64,000 nucleotides of DNA from NCBI GenBank assembly GCA_047602425.1, contig JASGHG010000001.1, forward strand, positions 4,672,001 to 4,736,000, written 5' to 3'. The notes below the pieces were generated by a model that worked only from the letters and a program-made list of their open reading frames with translations, was not told the DNA's origin and ran no database searches. This document shows positions 49,921 through 60,400 of this stretch, one piece after another. This stretch comes from Nibricoccus sp. (GTDB lineage: Bacteria > Verrucomicrobiota > Verrucomicrobiia > Opitutales > Opitutaceae). How positions within the stretch are numbered: position 1 is the first letter of the stretch; the number at the start of each line of letters is the position of its first letter. Position numbers and translations under genes: made by a program.

Positions 49921-52140
49921 ATGCCAATCCGCGTCCCATCTCTAGACGATCGCTCATTCAACAATCTGGTCGAGGAAGTCCTCGCGCGTGTTCCTGCCCA
50001 TACACCGGAATGGACTAATCCGGTTCCCGGCGATCCCGGCCGCACGTTGGTCGAACTCTTCGCGTGGCTCACCGACACGCTGCTTTACCGCGTCAATCTG
50101 ATTCCCGAGCGCCAGCGTCTGGCCTTTCTTCGTCTGCTCGGTGTGAAAATGCGCGCCGCTCGCGCCGCCCACACCGTTCTCTCGATCCAATTCGACGCGC
50201 CCGACAACACGAAGTCCCAATTTCTCCCGGCGCTCACGAAAATCAAAGGACCCGCCGGCTTCGAAATCCGTTCGGAAATCACCGTTCTTCCCATCGTGGG
50301 CGAACTTTACTGCAAACGCCCGCTGAACCCCGCGGAACTTGAGGAACTGTCTCCAAAGATCGCACAGCTTTCTCGTCTCTACCCAGTCGACATCAACAAA
50401 CCTGCCGTTCCTTATCTCACCACGCCGGTTTTTCCCGACGGCAAAGCCGATCCCGCGGGCTTCGACCTGATTCAGAACACCGTCGACCAGGCTCTCTGGT
50501 ACGCATTGCTCGTTCCCGCCGAACAAGCCGCCGACTTCGCCCCGATCCGAGATGCCGTCAAAACCACTCTCGGCAAAAGCAGCTCCGGCGGCCCGCAATA
50601 TCTCAACGTCGCGTTCTCGCCGAAACTTTCCCTGCCGGCGTTTGCCGAAGACATCGGAGAACGTTCTCCCATTCCTTTCACTTGGGAACTGACCACTCCC
50701 GATCCAGCCAACCCCACTAAAGGGGTCGCCTATCTTCCACTCACCGTCGTCAGTGATACCACGCAGGGACTCACGACCGATGGTGTCATCCGCCTCACGC
50801 TGCCGTCGAAAGATTCCTTTTTCGCGCCGCCGAACAACGTTCGCGACGACACGGACGCTGGCACCGGCGACAAGCCTCCGCGTCTCGACGACGATACAAA
50901 ATCCAACCGACTCGTCGCCTGGCTCCGTTTGCGTCCCGCCGTCGATCTCGACTCTCTCCCGATTGCCTGGAGCGGCATCAATGGCGTCGAAGCCGATCAA
51001 CGCCAAACCACCGCCGGCCTGGTCGTTGGTCAGGGCACGGGCCAGCCCGATCAATCGCTCACATTGCCCAATGGCGGCATCGAGGAAGAAAGTTTTAGCC
51101 TCCAAGTCGAGGAAGCCGGCCTCGGTTATCGTCGCTGGAAACGCGTTGCCAGCCTGGCTCTCGCCGGCGTGCAGGAAGCCGTTTACGAACTCGATCCCGA
51201 AGCCGGCACCGTGCTTTTTGGCGACGGCGTACGTGGAAAAATTCCCGCCCGCGGCGCTCGTTTTCGCGTCGAGCTCATGCGTCTTGGCGGCGGTGAAGTG
51301 GGAAACCTGTCGGCTGGTTCGCTCGCTCAAGTTCAAGTATCGCCCGCCCCGGTTGCAAAATTGAAAGCGTTCCAACCGCTCGCGGCCACCGGTGGCCAAA
51401 ATGCCGAATCGCTCGCCGAAGCCGAGAAGCGCATCCCCGCGCTTTTCCGCAATCGCGACCGTGCGGTCACCGCGGACGATTACGAAAAACTCGCCGCCAC
51501 CACGCCCGGTGTCCGGGTTGGCCGCGTGGAAGTGTTGCCCAAATTCAAACCGCAGGAACGCCGCCCCGATGTCCCCGGTGTCGTCTCCGTCATGGCGCTG
51601 CCCTACCGCGCCGGTTTCGACGCGCCGTATCCCCGCGTGGACCGCCCGTTCATCGAGACTGTTTTTAAATATCTGTCCGACCGCAAACCTCTAGGAACCG
51701 AACTCTACGTTATCGGCTGCGAATACGTTCAACTCGCGATCTCGGTTGGCATCGACAATCCTGGCGGCCGGGAAGAAACCAACACCGCCGTCAAAGAGGC
51801 CTTGAAACGTTACCTCTTTTGTCTCGCTCCCGGCGGTCCGCAAGGCGGTGGCTGGCCCCTCGGCCGCGCGATCAAACGCCGTGAGCTCGAAATTGTGGTC
51901 TCGCGTGTCGAAGGCATTGAGGGCGTTTCCGGTCCAAATCTTTTCCTCCAGGTCGGCGGCGTTTGGCAGCGGCTCACCGCCACCAACGACAACGTCGAGA
52001 TCACGCTTCAAGCTTGGCAACTGCCCGAACTGATCGGCGTCGTGGTCGCCGAGGGCGAAGCCCCGCTGGAGTTCAAACCGCCCGCGCCCACCAAAGCCAA
52101 TGACGGCCTCGCCATCCCCGTCGTTCCCGAAATCTGCTGA
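49921..52140 (+). CDS. Baseplate J-like wedge protein (Afp11-like)
   Basis: PSLDDRSF..LV......P..TPEWTN...GDPG.TLVELFAW, VLFGDG.RG.IP, GG..AES and RDRAVTADDYE motifs. Confidence 0.92.
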   Translation: MPIRVPSLDDRSFNNLVEEVLARVPAHTPEWTNPVPGDPGRTLVELFAWLTDTLLYRVNLIPERQRLAFLRLLGVKMRAARAAHTVLSIQFDAPDNTKSQFLPALTKIKGPAGFEIRSEITVLPIVGELYCKRPLNPAELEELSPKIAQLSRLYPVDINKPAVPYLTTPVFPDGKADPAGFDLIQNTVDQALWYALLVPAEQAADFAPIRDAVKTTLGKSSSGGPQYLNVAFSPKLSLPAFAEDIGERSPIPFTWELTTPDPANPTKGVAYLPLTVVSDTTQGLTTDGVIRLTLPSKDSFFAPPNNVRDDTDAGTGDKPPRLDDDTKSNRLVAWLRLRPAVDLDSLPIAWSGINGVEADQRQTTAGLVVGQGTGQPDQSLTLPNGGIEEESFSLQVEEAGLGYRRWKRVASLALAGVQEAVYELDPEAGTVLFGDGVRGKIPARGARFRVELMRLGGGEVGNLSAGSLAQVQVSPAPVAKLKAFQPLAATGGQNAESLAEAEKRIPALFRNRDRAVTADDYEKLAATTPGVRVGRVEVLPKFKPQERRPDVPGVVSVMALPYRAGFDAPYPRVDRPFIETVFKYLSDRKPLGTELYVIGCEYVQLAISVGIDNPGGREETNTAVKEALKRYLFCLAPGGPQGGGWPLGRAIKRRELEIVVSRVEGIEGVSGPNLFLQVGGVWQRLTATNDNVEITLQAWQLPELIGVVVAEGEAPLEFKPPAPTKANDGLAIPVVPEIC

Positions 52141-52194
52141 GAATCACTGGCACCCAAACCATTCCTCATCTTCCCATAAGTCTCCTTTTCTTTC

Positions 52195-54558
52195 ATGGAC
52201 TCTAATGGTCAACGTTTCTGGCTTGCCCTCGGCGGCACCTCTTGGACACCGGATATCCCCGGCACCCTTGAGCTGCTGCCCGAGCATCTGCGGCTTGCCA
52301 GTCAGACCCAAAACATCGCCTATCCGGAAACGCCCGGCGATGCGGAGGACCGGCTGAAGCTCGTCCCGGGCGTGCGCGATACCTTCGGCACCCGGGCGTT
52401 CCTCGATGCCGACGGGCTGACCGTTCGCGCCACCGGCGCTTTTTCCGAACCTGAAGATACCGCCAGCAGTCCCGTTTTATTCACCGCCTCGACCGCCGTC
52501 ACCGACCTCGCGCTCGGTTTTGACAATTTCCTGTACATCGCCACCGACGGCAAGATCCAGGTTCAGCCGCTGAGCGACCGCTATCCGACGCTCACCCTCG
52601 CGGCCACCGGTTTTGCCGCCTGGCGCATCGCCGCCGCTCCCGATGGCGGACTCTGGACTCTCGATCGCACGAACAAAAAAATTGCCCGCGTCTCCGGCCA
52701 CCATTGGCCCAAGGCCCCGGCTTTCAGGGAGCCTCCGCCCACCGCGTTTCTGCCCACGCAGGAGAATCCCAATCCGCTCACGCTCAGGCTGATTCCCGAT
52801 GGATGGCTCCTTGCGGGCGAAGATCCTGTCGCGCTCGCCTGCAGCCCGGAAGGGCGTCTCGGCATTCTTCTTTGGACCGCGTCCGGTCCGCAGGTTCGCC
52901 TGGTCGATGACTCCGGTCGCCCCGGGCCAACCGCCAGCCTCAAGCTCCTGCAAAAACCATTCTCTATCGCCTGGCTTTCCAACGACCGCTTTGCCGTGCT
53001 CGCGGCCGATGTCGCAGAGGCGATCGCATATTCGTGGCGCGAGGGCGAACTTTTTCCCAGCGGTGAAGTGTATCCACTTCGTGAACACGACGGCGGCCCG
53101 TTTCTGCACGGTACCGCAAGCACGGTTGAATACCTCTCCCGCCAGCCCACGGCTGAGTTGCCCTCCAACCTCCGGACACGGCCGCTGATTGCCTTGGCGC
53201 TCCCTTCTCTCGCGCGGAACGCCGCCGGCTCCCTCGCCACACCCTTCGATAGCGGCCTCGGTGACACTGCCTGGCACCGCCTGTACGTCGAAGCGCATTT
53301 GCCTCCCGGAACCGGTTTCACGATCTACGCCGCCGCGACCGATTCCAACCGCATTGAGGACGCGCCGACCGCCAATGACTGGTATCCGCATCATTTTGGC
53401 GCGGCCGAGCCCGCCAACCGCCACGAACCGCAAGCTGCCTGGGTGCCGCAGTCGTCGGAGCTTCCCGGCCAGCCCGGTTTCACCGATGAACCAATTGCCA
53501 GAAATAGAAACGGTTTGTTCACTGTGTTGCTTCAGCGCTCCAGCCGTCCTGTTCGCACTTTGCGCGGTCGTTTCCTCTATCTTCGCATCGAGCTTCGCGG
53601 CAATCTTCGCAACACCCCGTGCATTCACGCGCTCCGTGCCTATGGTCCGCGTTTCTCCTATCAGGATAAATACCTGCCGGCGCTTTACCGAGAAACGCTC
53701 TTCGGCCCGGAGGCCGAAACCTTGTTCAAGGGCCAAAATTCCACTCGCGCCGACTTTCTCGGACGCTTCCTCGCCAACTTCGAAGGCATTCTCACGCCGC
53801 TCGAAGACAAGGTGGCCGACAGCTGGCTGCTCACGGATTCCGCACATACGCCCGAATCCGCCGTCGAATGGCTCGGCAGCTGGATCGGGGTCGATTTCCC
53901 GTCTTGGTATCCCACACAGCAACGCCGACGCCTGCTGAAAAACGCACCCGAGCTTTTCCGGACGCGCGGCACGTTGAAAGGGCTGCGCCTCGCCCTCGAC
54001 GTCGCCACCGGAGGCGGCGTGCAAACCGGACGCATCGTGGTTGTCGAAGACTATTGGTTCCGGCGCACGCTGCAAACCGTCCTCGGCGTAAAACTCGACC
54101 GCGACGACGATCCGCTTCTCGGCGGCAGTTTCATCTCTGGTAATTCCAAAGTCGGCGATACGCTTTTCCTCAGCGAGGAGGGCGCGGAAAAGAAGTTTCT
54201 CGCCCTCTTCGATGCCTCCATCCACCTGAAATCGGCTGATCAGGCGGTCGTCGACGAATTCTTCGCCTCCCTCGCTCACCGCGTGACCGTGATCGTCCAT
54301 GAGACCGTTTCACCCGACGAATTTAAACTCATCGAACGTGTGACTGCTCAGGAAGCCCCTGCGCATATCATTACGCATGTCCGCTTGGCCACCGCCGATT
54401 TCATGACCGGACTCACCGCGCTGCTCTCGGTCGACACTTTCCTCCGGCCCGCTCCTCCGCCTGTGCCGGTGGAAGTCGAAAAATCCTCTCTCGGCGACGG
54501 CGCACTTTTGCTTCGTCCCGCCAGTCTCGATCCCCGTCTCGAAGGAACCTCCTCATGA
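52195..54558 (+). CDS. Baseplate/tail protein with P2 gpI-like domain (Afp12-like)
   Basis: C-terminal YLPALYRE...FL.RFL..FE...WL.SWIG...RR.L......L...RGT..GL motif; large beta-rich N-terminal region. Confidence 0.8.
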   Translation: MDSNGQRFWLALGGTSWTPDIPGTLELLPEHLRLASQTQNIAYPETPGDAEDRLKLVPGVRDTFGTRAFLDADGLTVRATGAFSEPEDTASSPVLFTASTAVTDLALGFDNFLYIATDGKIQVQPLSDRYPTLTLAATGFAAWRIAAAPDGGLWTLDRTNKKIARVSGHHWPKAPAFREPPPTAFLPTQENPNPLTLRLIPDGWLLAGEDPVALACSPEGRLGILLWTASGPQVRLVDDSGRPGPTASLKLLQKPFSIAWLSNDRFAVLAADVAEAIAYSWREGELFPSGEVYPLREHDGGPFLHGTASTVEYLSRQPTAELPSNLRTRPLIALALPSLARNAAGSLATPFDSGLGDTAWHRLYVEAHLPPGTGFTIYAAATDSNRIEDAPTANDWYPHHFGAAEPANRHEPQAAWVPQSSELPGQPGFTDEPIARNRNGLFTVLLQRSSRPVRTLRGRFLYLRIELRGNLRNTPCIHALRAYGPRFSYQDKYLPALYRETLFGPEAETLFKGQNSTRADFLGRFLANFEGILTPLEDKVADSWLLTDSAHTPESAVEWLGSWIGVDFPSWYPTQQRRRLLKNAPELFRTRGTLKGLRLALDVATGGGVQTGRIVVVEDYWFRRTLQTVLGVKLDRDDDPLLGGSFISGNSKVGDTLFLSEEGAEKKFLALFDASIHLKSADQAVVDEFFASLAHRVTVIVHETVSPDEFKLIERVTAQEAPAHIITHVRLATADFMTGLTALLSVDTFLRPAPPPVPVEVEKSSLGDGALLLRPASLDPRLEGTSS

Positions 54559-55376
54559 GCACCAACACCACTAATCCCAGCCAACGGGTTGCCTACAACA
54601 ATGGCATCCTTCTCGACGCCTCGGATTTCCAACAGGAACAGCTCTATCATCGCAGCCGCCTCGCCGCCGCCTTGACGGTGCTGCATGGTTCGGGAACTAT
54701 CGCCGGCCTCAAGGCCGAGCTCATTCCCGCCAAGGATGCTACGGCGACCGAGCCAGCTGTGCCCGAGCAACTGATCGTCAATCCCGGCATCGCGCTGGAC
54801 CGCATTGGTCGCCTCGTGGAAATCAAAACCAAGCAGAGCCTGCGCCTCGACCGGTGGTATAATTTCCAGAAAGCCAAACCAGGCGCCATACTCAAACCTT
54901 TCCGGGATCTCGGCCCCAATCGCTATTTCATCGCAGACATTCTTCTTCGCTACCGCGCGTTTTCGCAGGGCCTGCGTCCAGGATTCCCAGAGCCCGCCGC
55001 CGATGCGACTGACGCCATCGTGCCTTCCCGCGCGAATGACAGCTTCGAGCTTCTCCTCGTCCCTCGCGACTGCGACCCCGAGATCGAACTCCCCGCTATA
55101 CCTAAAAGCCGGTTCGACGCCAAACCCACCACCAAAGCCGAGCTCTTGGACGCCATCTACAAGGCCTACGATCAATCGAATCCCGCCATCGATCAGGACT
55201 CCGGCCAGGGCGCATCCGACGTCACCGCCATTTTTATCACCCGGGTTCGCATCCGCCTCGTGGATGCTCCTTCCACTTCTCTTAACCGCCACGCTTCCGC
55301 CGAAGTCGTCATCGACGATCTCGACCGACCGCTCGTCACCACGACCGAACTACTCCGCCAACTCCTTCCCGTCTAA
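54555..55376 (+). CDS. CIS hypothetical protein, paralogue 1 of triad
   Basis: RVAYNNGILLDASDFQQEQLY...G.GTIAGL...VNPGIALDRIGRLVEI module. Confidence 0.7.
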   Translation: MSTNTTNPSQRVAYNNGILLDASDFQQEQLYHRSRLAAALTVLHGSGTIAGLKAELIPAKDATATEPAVPEQLIVNPGIALDRIGRLVEIKTKQSLRLDRWYNFQKAKPGAILKPFRDLGPNRYFIADILLRYRAFSQGLRPGFPEPAADATDAIVPSRANDSFELLLVPRDCDPEIELPAIPKSRFDAKPTTKAELLDAIYKAYDQSNPAIDQDSGQGASDVTAIFITRVRIRLVDAPSTSLNRHASAEVVIDDLDRPLVTTTELLRQLLPV

Positions 55377-55396
55377 ACCTTCTTCCCCTTTTCATC

Positions 55397-57415
55397 ATGT
55401 GTGCCGAACCAATCGAACTCACCGCGGAGAACGAATCCTCCAGCATCATCGTCGACACCCGCCGCACCCGTCCGCGTTTCTTCGACGGGAAATTCCTCAC
55501 CGCTGCCGATCTCACACAGGAACAGACTTATCTCCTCACCCGTCAAGCCGACCTCGGCCGCACGCTGGGCTTTGGCGTAGTCGAAGGTCTGCGCGTCAGT
55601 CGGGCCACGATTTCCGCCTCGGGTCTGCCCAATCCTGCCGCTTCCGTTAAAGTCACTCGTGGCAACGGCCTCACTCCGTCCGGGGAAATCGTTTTCGTTC
55701 CCAACGAAATCACCATCGACCTCGACAACGTTGCGCAAATGCAGCGACTCAGCGCCGCCTTCGGACTGACCCGCGAACCGCAGCAGCCTTTTCAAAGTCT
55801 GAGCGGCCTCTTCGTTCTCGGCCTCCGCGCCGTCGAGTTCACGGCCAATCCCACTCCGGCCTATCCGCCAAGCGTCGATGGCAACAGCTCCCTCCGAGAC
55901 GGTGAAACAATTGAAGCCACCGCATTCACCATCGTTCCTTACGACTCGGATGCCTCGCGCAAAGACCCGCGATCCGCCCGGACCCGCGCCGCCCGGGAGA
56001 TCTTTCTAGAACAAAAAAATCCCTCGCTCCCCGCCGGGGTGCTTCCGCTCGCGATGCTTTTCCTGCGCAACGGCACGCTCGATTGGACCGACGAGTGGCT
56101 GGTCCGCCGCGAAGCTGGCGATGATGATAGGTTCGGGTTCGGCTTTGCCCCGCGTGCTCTTTCCGAAGCGCATTTCTTTCACTACCAGGAAATGTTGAAG
56201 GAAACACCCGGCGCCAATCCCGGGCAGCTTTCCGCCCAAAGCTTTCTTGAAATCATTCCCGCTTCCGGCCCGCTTCCCGCGAATGCGATCAATCGCACGG
56301 ATTTCACCCAGGCGTGGTTCCCGCCCGAAGCCCGCGTCGAACTGGCCTTTGTCCCCGCCGACGAACTCGCCGCGCTCATGGAGGACAGCATCGATCTGCC
56401 ACCCATCAATCTCGCCCTCAAACCCGAGGACCAGGATGCGCTCGCCATCCTCGTCCTCGCGCCGGTTACGCGCGCCGATTTTGGCAACACGCTCGATAAA
56501 CTCAAAACGCTACCGCCGCCGGTGCTGCGGAATTTTGCGCCGCCTCTTCTTGCCCAACAAAAACCCATCGAGGCGCTCCTCAAACTCAACGCCGTTTTCG
56601 AACTAAAGAAAAATCAGGTCAGCCCCGCTCCTGCTCCCGCCGATTTTGTCAGCCCGGCCTGGCGCGAAGCCCTCTCAAAAGTCGATCAGCTCTGGTACAT
56701 CCGCCGCCGCAATCTCCCGTCCGGTACCGGTCTCGCCGGCACGCCTCTCGCGGTCGCCAGTGAGGTCATCACCGGCACCGACCTTCCGCCGCCGGTCTCG
56801 ACCGGTGGCGGTTCAGGCGGCACGAATGATGACGACAACACCGAGACGCCGCCCGTCATCAGTGGAAAACCCGAGGAGGTGCTCTACAAGTTTCTCGCAG
56901 AGGAACAGCTCTGGGGTCGTTTTGCCTTTTTCCGAACCATCTCCGATCTGCCCGCCCACAACGATCTCGTCAATCTTCTCACCGATCCAATACTCACCGA
57001 CAACAAGCTCGGCCCGCTTCTCCAGCAGGCGCTTTTCACCACCATGGAAAACGCCATCCCGCTGATTTCCGAAAGTCCCGCGGAAAACTTTGACCAGATT
57101 CAAAAGGATCCAGGGATCAAAGTCCTCACCCAGGACATCATCGCCAAGGCCAGAAAAACCATCCTCTCCAAAACCGTTCTTCGCGGCCTCGAGGCGACCG
57201 TGGCCGAACACCCACTCTTCCTCACCGAGCTGCGCTACCGCCAGGTTCTCGGCCGCACTGATCGCATCGCCACGCTCGCGTTGATCACGGCGAAATATTC
57301 CGATCTCCCCGCCTACAAATCGCTCATGGAGGTGATTGAAAAATACGCCCCGACCGGCCGCGCCCAAGTCATCCGCGACAACATCGACAAATTTATCAAA
57401 AAGGTGAACACATGA
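55397..57415 (+). CDS. CIS hypothetical protein, paralogue 2 of triad
   Basis: RPRFFDGKFLTAADLTQEQTY...GFGVVEGL...VTRGNGLTPSGEIVFV module. Confidence 0.7.
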   Translation: MCAEPIELTAENESSSIIVDTRRTRPRFFDGKFLTAADLTQEQTYLLTRQADLGRTLGFGVVEGLRVSRATISASGLPNPAASVKVTRGNGLTPSGEIVFVPNEITIDLDNVAQMQRLSAAFGLTREPQQPFQSLSGLFVLGLRAVEFTANPTPAYPPSVDGNSSLRDGETIEATAFTIVPYDSDASRKDPRSARTRAAREIFLEQKNPSLPAGVLPLAMLFLRNGTLDWTDEWLVRREAGDDDRFGFGFAPRALSEAHFFHYQEMLKETPGANPGQLSAQSFLEIIPASGPLPANAINRTDFTQAWFPPEARVELAFVPADELAALMEDSIDLPPINLALKPEDQDALAILVLAPVTRADFGNTLDKLKTLPPPVLRNFAPPLLAQQKPIEALLKLNAVFELKKNQVSPAPAPADFVSPAWREALSKVDQLWYIRRRNLPSGTGLAGTPLAVASEVITGTDLPPPVSTGGGSGGTNDDDNTETPPVISGKPEEVLYKFLAEEQLWGRFAFFRTISDLPAHNDLVNLLTDPILTDNKLGPLLQQALFTTMENAIPLISESPAENFDQIQKDPGIKVLTQDIIAKARKTILSKTVLRGLEATVAEHPLFLTELRYRQVLGRTDRIATLALITAKYSDLPAYKSLMEVIEKYAPTGRAQVIRDNIDKFIKKVNT

Positions 57416-60400
57416 AATTAGGCTCCATTCCCGATCCTTTTTCAGGCGAGAAAATCACGGAGATCTTCCCCAAAATCGCCACCTTTGTCGCACCGTCGGC
57501 CCAGCCCGCCACGCCGCCGTCCGACAACAGCGCGGGACGTCGTTTCATTTTTGCCCGCAACGCCGGTTCGGTGGAGCAGATCAACCGGCTGGGACGCCTG
57601 AATTATTTCCCCGGCCGCCATCTCACCGACAGTCAGCTCAGCGCCGAACAACGCGTCCGTGTTCAACGCCTTCTTCTTCGCGGTCGTTCGGTGACTCATG
57701 GCGTCGTCTCCGGGCTGGAAATTTCCTCGCGCGATACTTCCGCGGGCATCGAGTTTCAACTCCAGCCCGGCCAGGCGCTCACGCAGTTTGGTTCGGATAT
57801 TGTCGTCGACCACGTCGTCGCCACCCGACTCACCGACCTGCGCCTTTTCAACCTCGCCACCGGCAAGGTCTCCGAAAAAACCATCGGCGAAACTGGGCCA
57901 CTCACCGGTTCTGTCCTCACCGCCGTCCTCGTCCTCCAACCTGGCTATGCCGAGGATGCCGATCTACCACTTGCGCTCCAAAACGAAAACAACGGCGCGG
58001 ATTTCACACCCGGTGGACGGTCTCCTGACGATGAAGTCTACTACAAGACGACCACGACCGACGCCGCTCGCCTTGTTCTTTATCCACTGCCTTGGCCCGT
58101 CACCGTGCCCTCTCCACTCACCGTCCCGCGCTGGCAAAATAGCGCCGCCTGGACAATCTTCGAGAAAGAGGCCGAAAGCGAACCTCTCCCTTGGTACAAT
58201 ATTGGTGCGCCTCTCGCGCTCATCGGCATCGATGCCACGGGCGCACTCAAATGGATCGACCGCCATGCCGTGGTCCGCCCGGCCGGCGCTCCACGCCAGC
58301 GCCTGCTTTTCAACCCTGCGCTCGACTCCCGTCTCTTCAACGCACGTTTTAACCAGTTCTGCGCCCAGCTTGCCACACTCACGGAACCTGCCTCCGCAAC
58401 CACCCTCTGCCGCCAGCTTCCACCGGTGGGTTTGCTGCCCAAAGCCTATTTGAAACTGGTCAAAAAAACCGGCGGCGCCGAATGGGCGCCGACACAGAAC
58501 TTTTTTCCCACCAACTACACCGTCGACCTCAGCGTCATTCCTCTCGAACAGCTTGACGCACTTCTTGCCGATACGCTCGGGCTTGATCCCTATGATCCCG
58601 CGCGCCCGGACGCGGTGCGCCTCCTGCTTCCTATCTCTCAGCAATGGTTCGACCCGGAGCTCCTAAAGATAGAGATTATTGACCCGCGCTTCGACCAAAA
58701 CATCGCCCGCTATCGCGACACCCGCGCTGACTGGCTCGCCAAGCGGTACGACCTCACCAACCGACGTCGTGTTCTCGAACTTTCTGCCACCGGTAAGGTC
58801 ACCGCCGCTCCTCTCACCTACACCGATGCTGATCCCAAGCGCCTCGAGGATCCCGAACGACGCGGCAATCCGCCTCCCATTGTAAGCGCGCCGCCCGACG
58901 AGGCGGTGCAGTATTCCGTTGTCCGGGCACCGAGCGGTACCACTTTTACCTATACCAGTCAGATCCTCTCCAATCTTCGCGCCAACGCTCTCACTGTCCT
59001 CAAGCAGTTCGGGACAGAGGATCAAGACGAGTTTAAGGAGCTTTTCAAAGCCTGTGGCGTCACCGCAGCCGATCTCGCGGCCACTTTTGGCGCCGCTGTG
59101 CCGGGCTGGCTTGCCGGCTTCACCGCCGCCAGTCCCAATCCCACGGGCGAGAATAACCTGAACGCCAAGGATCAGGAAGAACTGCGCCGCGAACTCCTCG
59201 CCTACATCAAAAAACAGACCGACATCCAAGCCGAGGAACAGGCGAAGATCAACAATGCCACCATTCAGGAACTCATAAGCTACCTCGATGCGAAAACGAA
59301 TGAAGCCGACGAATTGGTCGACTCCGGCTTTCTCAAGGTCCGAACTGATGTTTTCCGCCTTGGCACGCTGCTCACAAACAATTCCCTAGGCACAAAATTT
59401 GCCGCCTCGCCCAGCCTCGCCAACATCATCGAACGCAAGCCCGCCAAGGCTGACGTCGCGGGCGTCAACAACTACGCCACCCAGCTTCTCGCCAACTTTG
59501 CGCCCTCCGCCGTGCAGACCGCCGTGGCCGCAACGAACACTTCGACCAACAACAAAACCGCGTCATCGGATACTTCCGGAACCACGTTTAAGCTGCTCAA
59601 AGTTTCCGCGCCTCTCAACCAAACCGCCTTCAAAATTCCGTCGAGCGACATCGTCAATTTCGTCAACACCGAGAAATCGAATTTCACCGCCAGCAAAACC
59701 TTGCTCGCCGATCCTGAGGTGAAAAAAGGTCTCTCGACCGAAGTCCAAAAGGCCATCGCCGATCTTCAGAAATCCGCCGATCTGGTTTCGTCGGCCGACT
59801 TTCTTGAAACCATCCAACAGGCTTCGGTCATTGAGAAGTTCGCCGATAATTTCGTGCCGAATCTCAACCTTCTTTCCCAAAAACAGATTCGGGCGATCCC
59901 ATTGGATCGGTTGCAGCCCGCGCTCGCTCCTACGGTTCGACAGGAGATTCATGACGGTCGTCTCGAAATTTTTGAACGCCTCACCCGCCTCAACCTTTCC
60001 CTTGCCGATCTCACCACCGACTTTGTCGACGTTCCTAAACTTGCCGTCCGCCCAAAGATTCTTGCCTCCAACGTCGTCCTCACGCGCATTCGCTTCCAAA
60101 CCTTGATCAGCCGCCGTCGCTTCGACGATTTCAGCGTGATCAAAGCCGCCGAAGACGGTTCGTCCACGGTGAATGACGCCGACGAGTCCAAACATTTCTC
60201 CAGTGGCGTCAGCTATGCCGACATGGCCATGGCAGCGCTTCGTGCAGTGGAAAAACGGATCAAGGAATACCGCGCTTTCACCGAGACGCTGCGTTCTGCT
60301 TTGGCCGAAACGCAGGCGTTGATTGCTCGCATCACCACCGACCTCATTCCAGTCGAGGTCGAACTCGAGGAATCGCGGCAAGACGTCGCTGTAGCCCTCG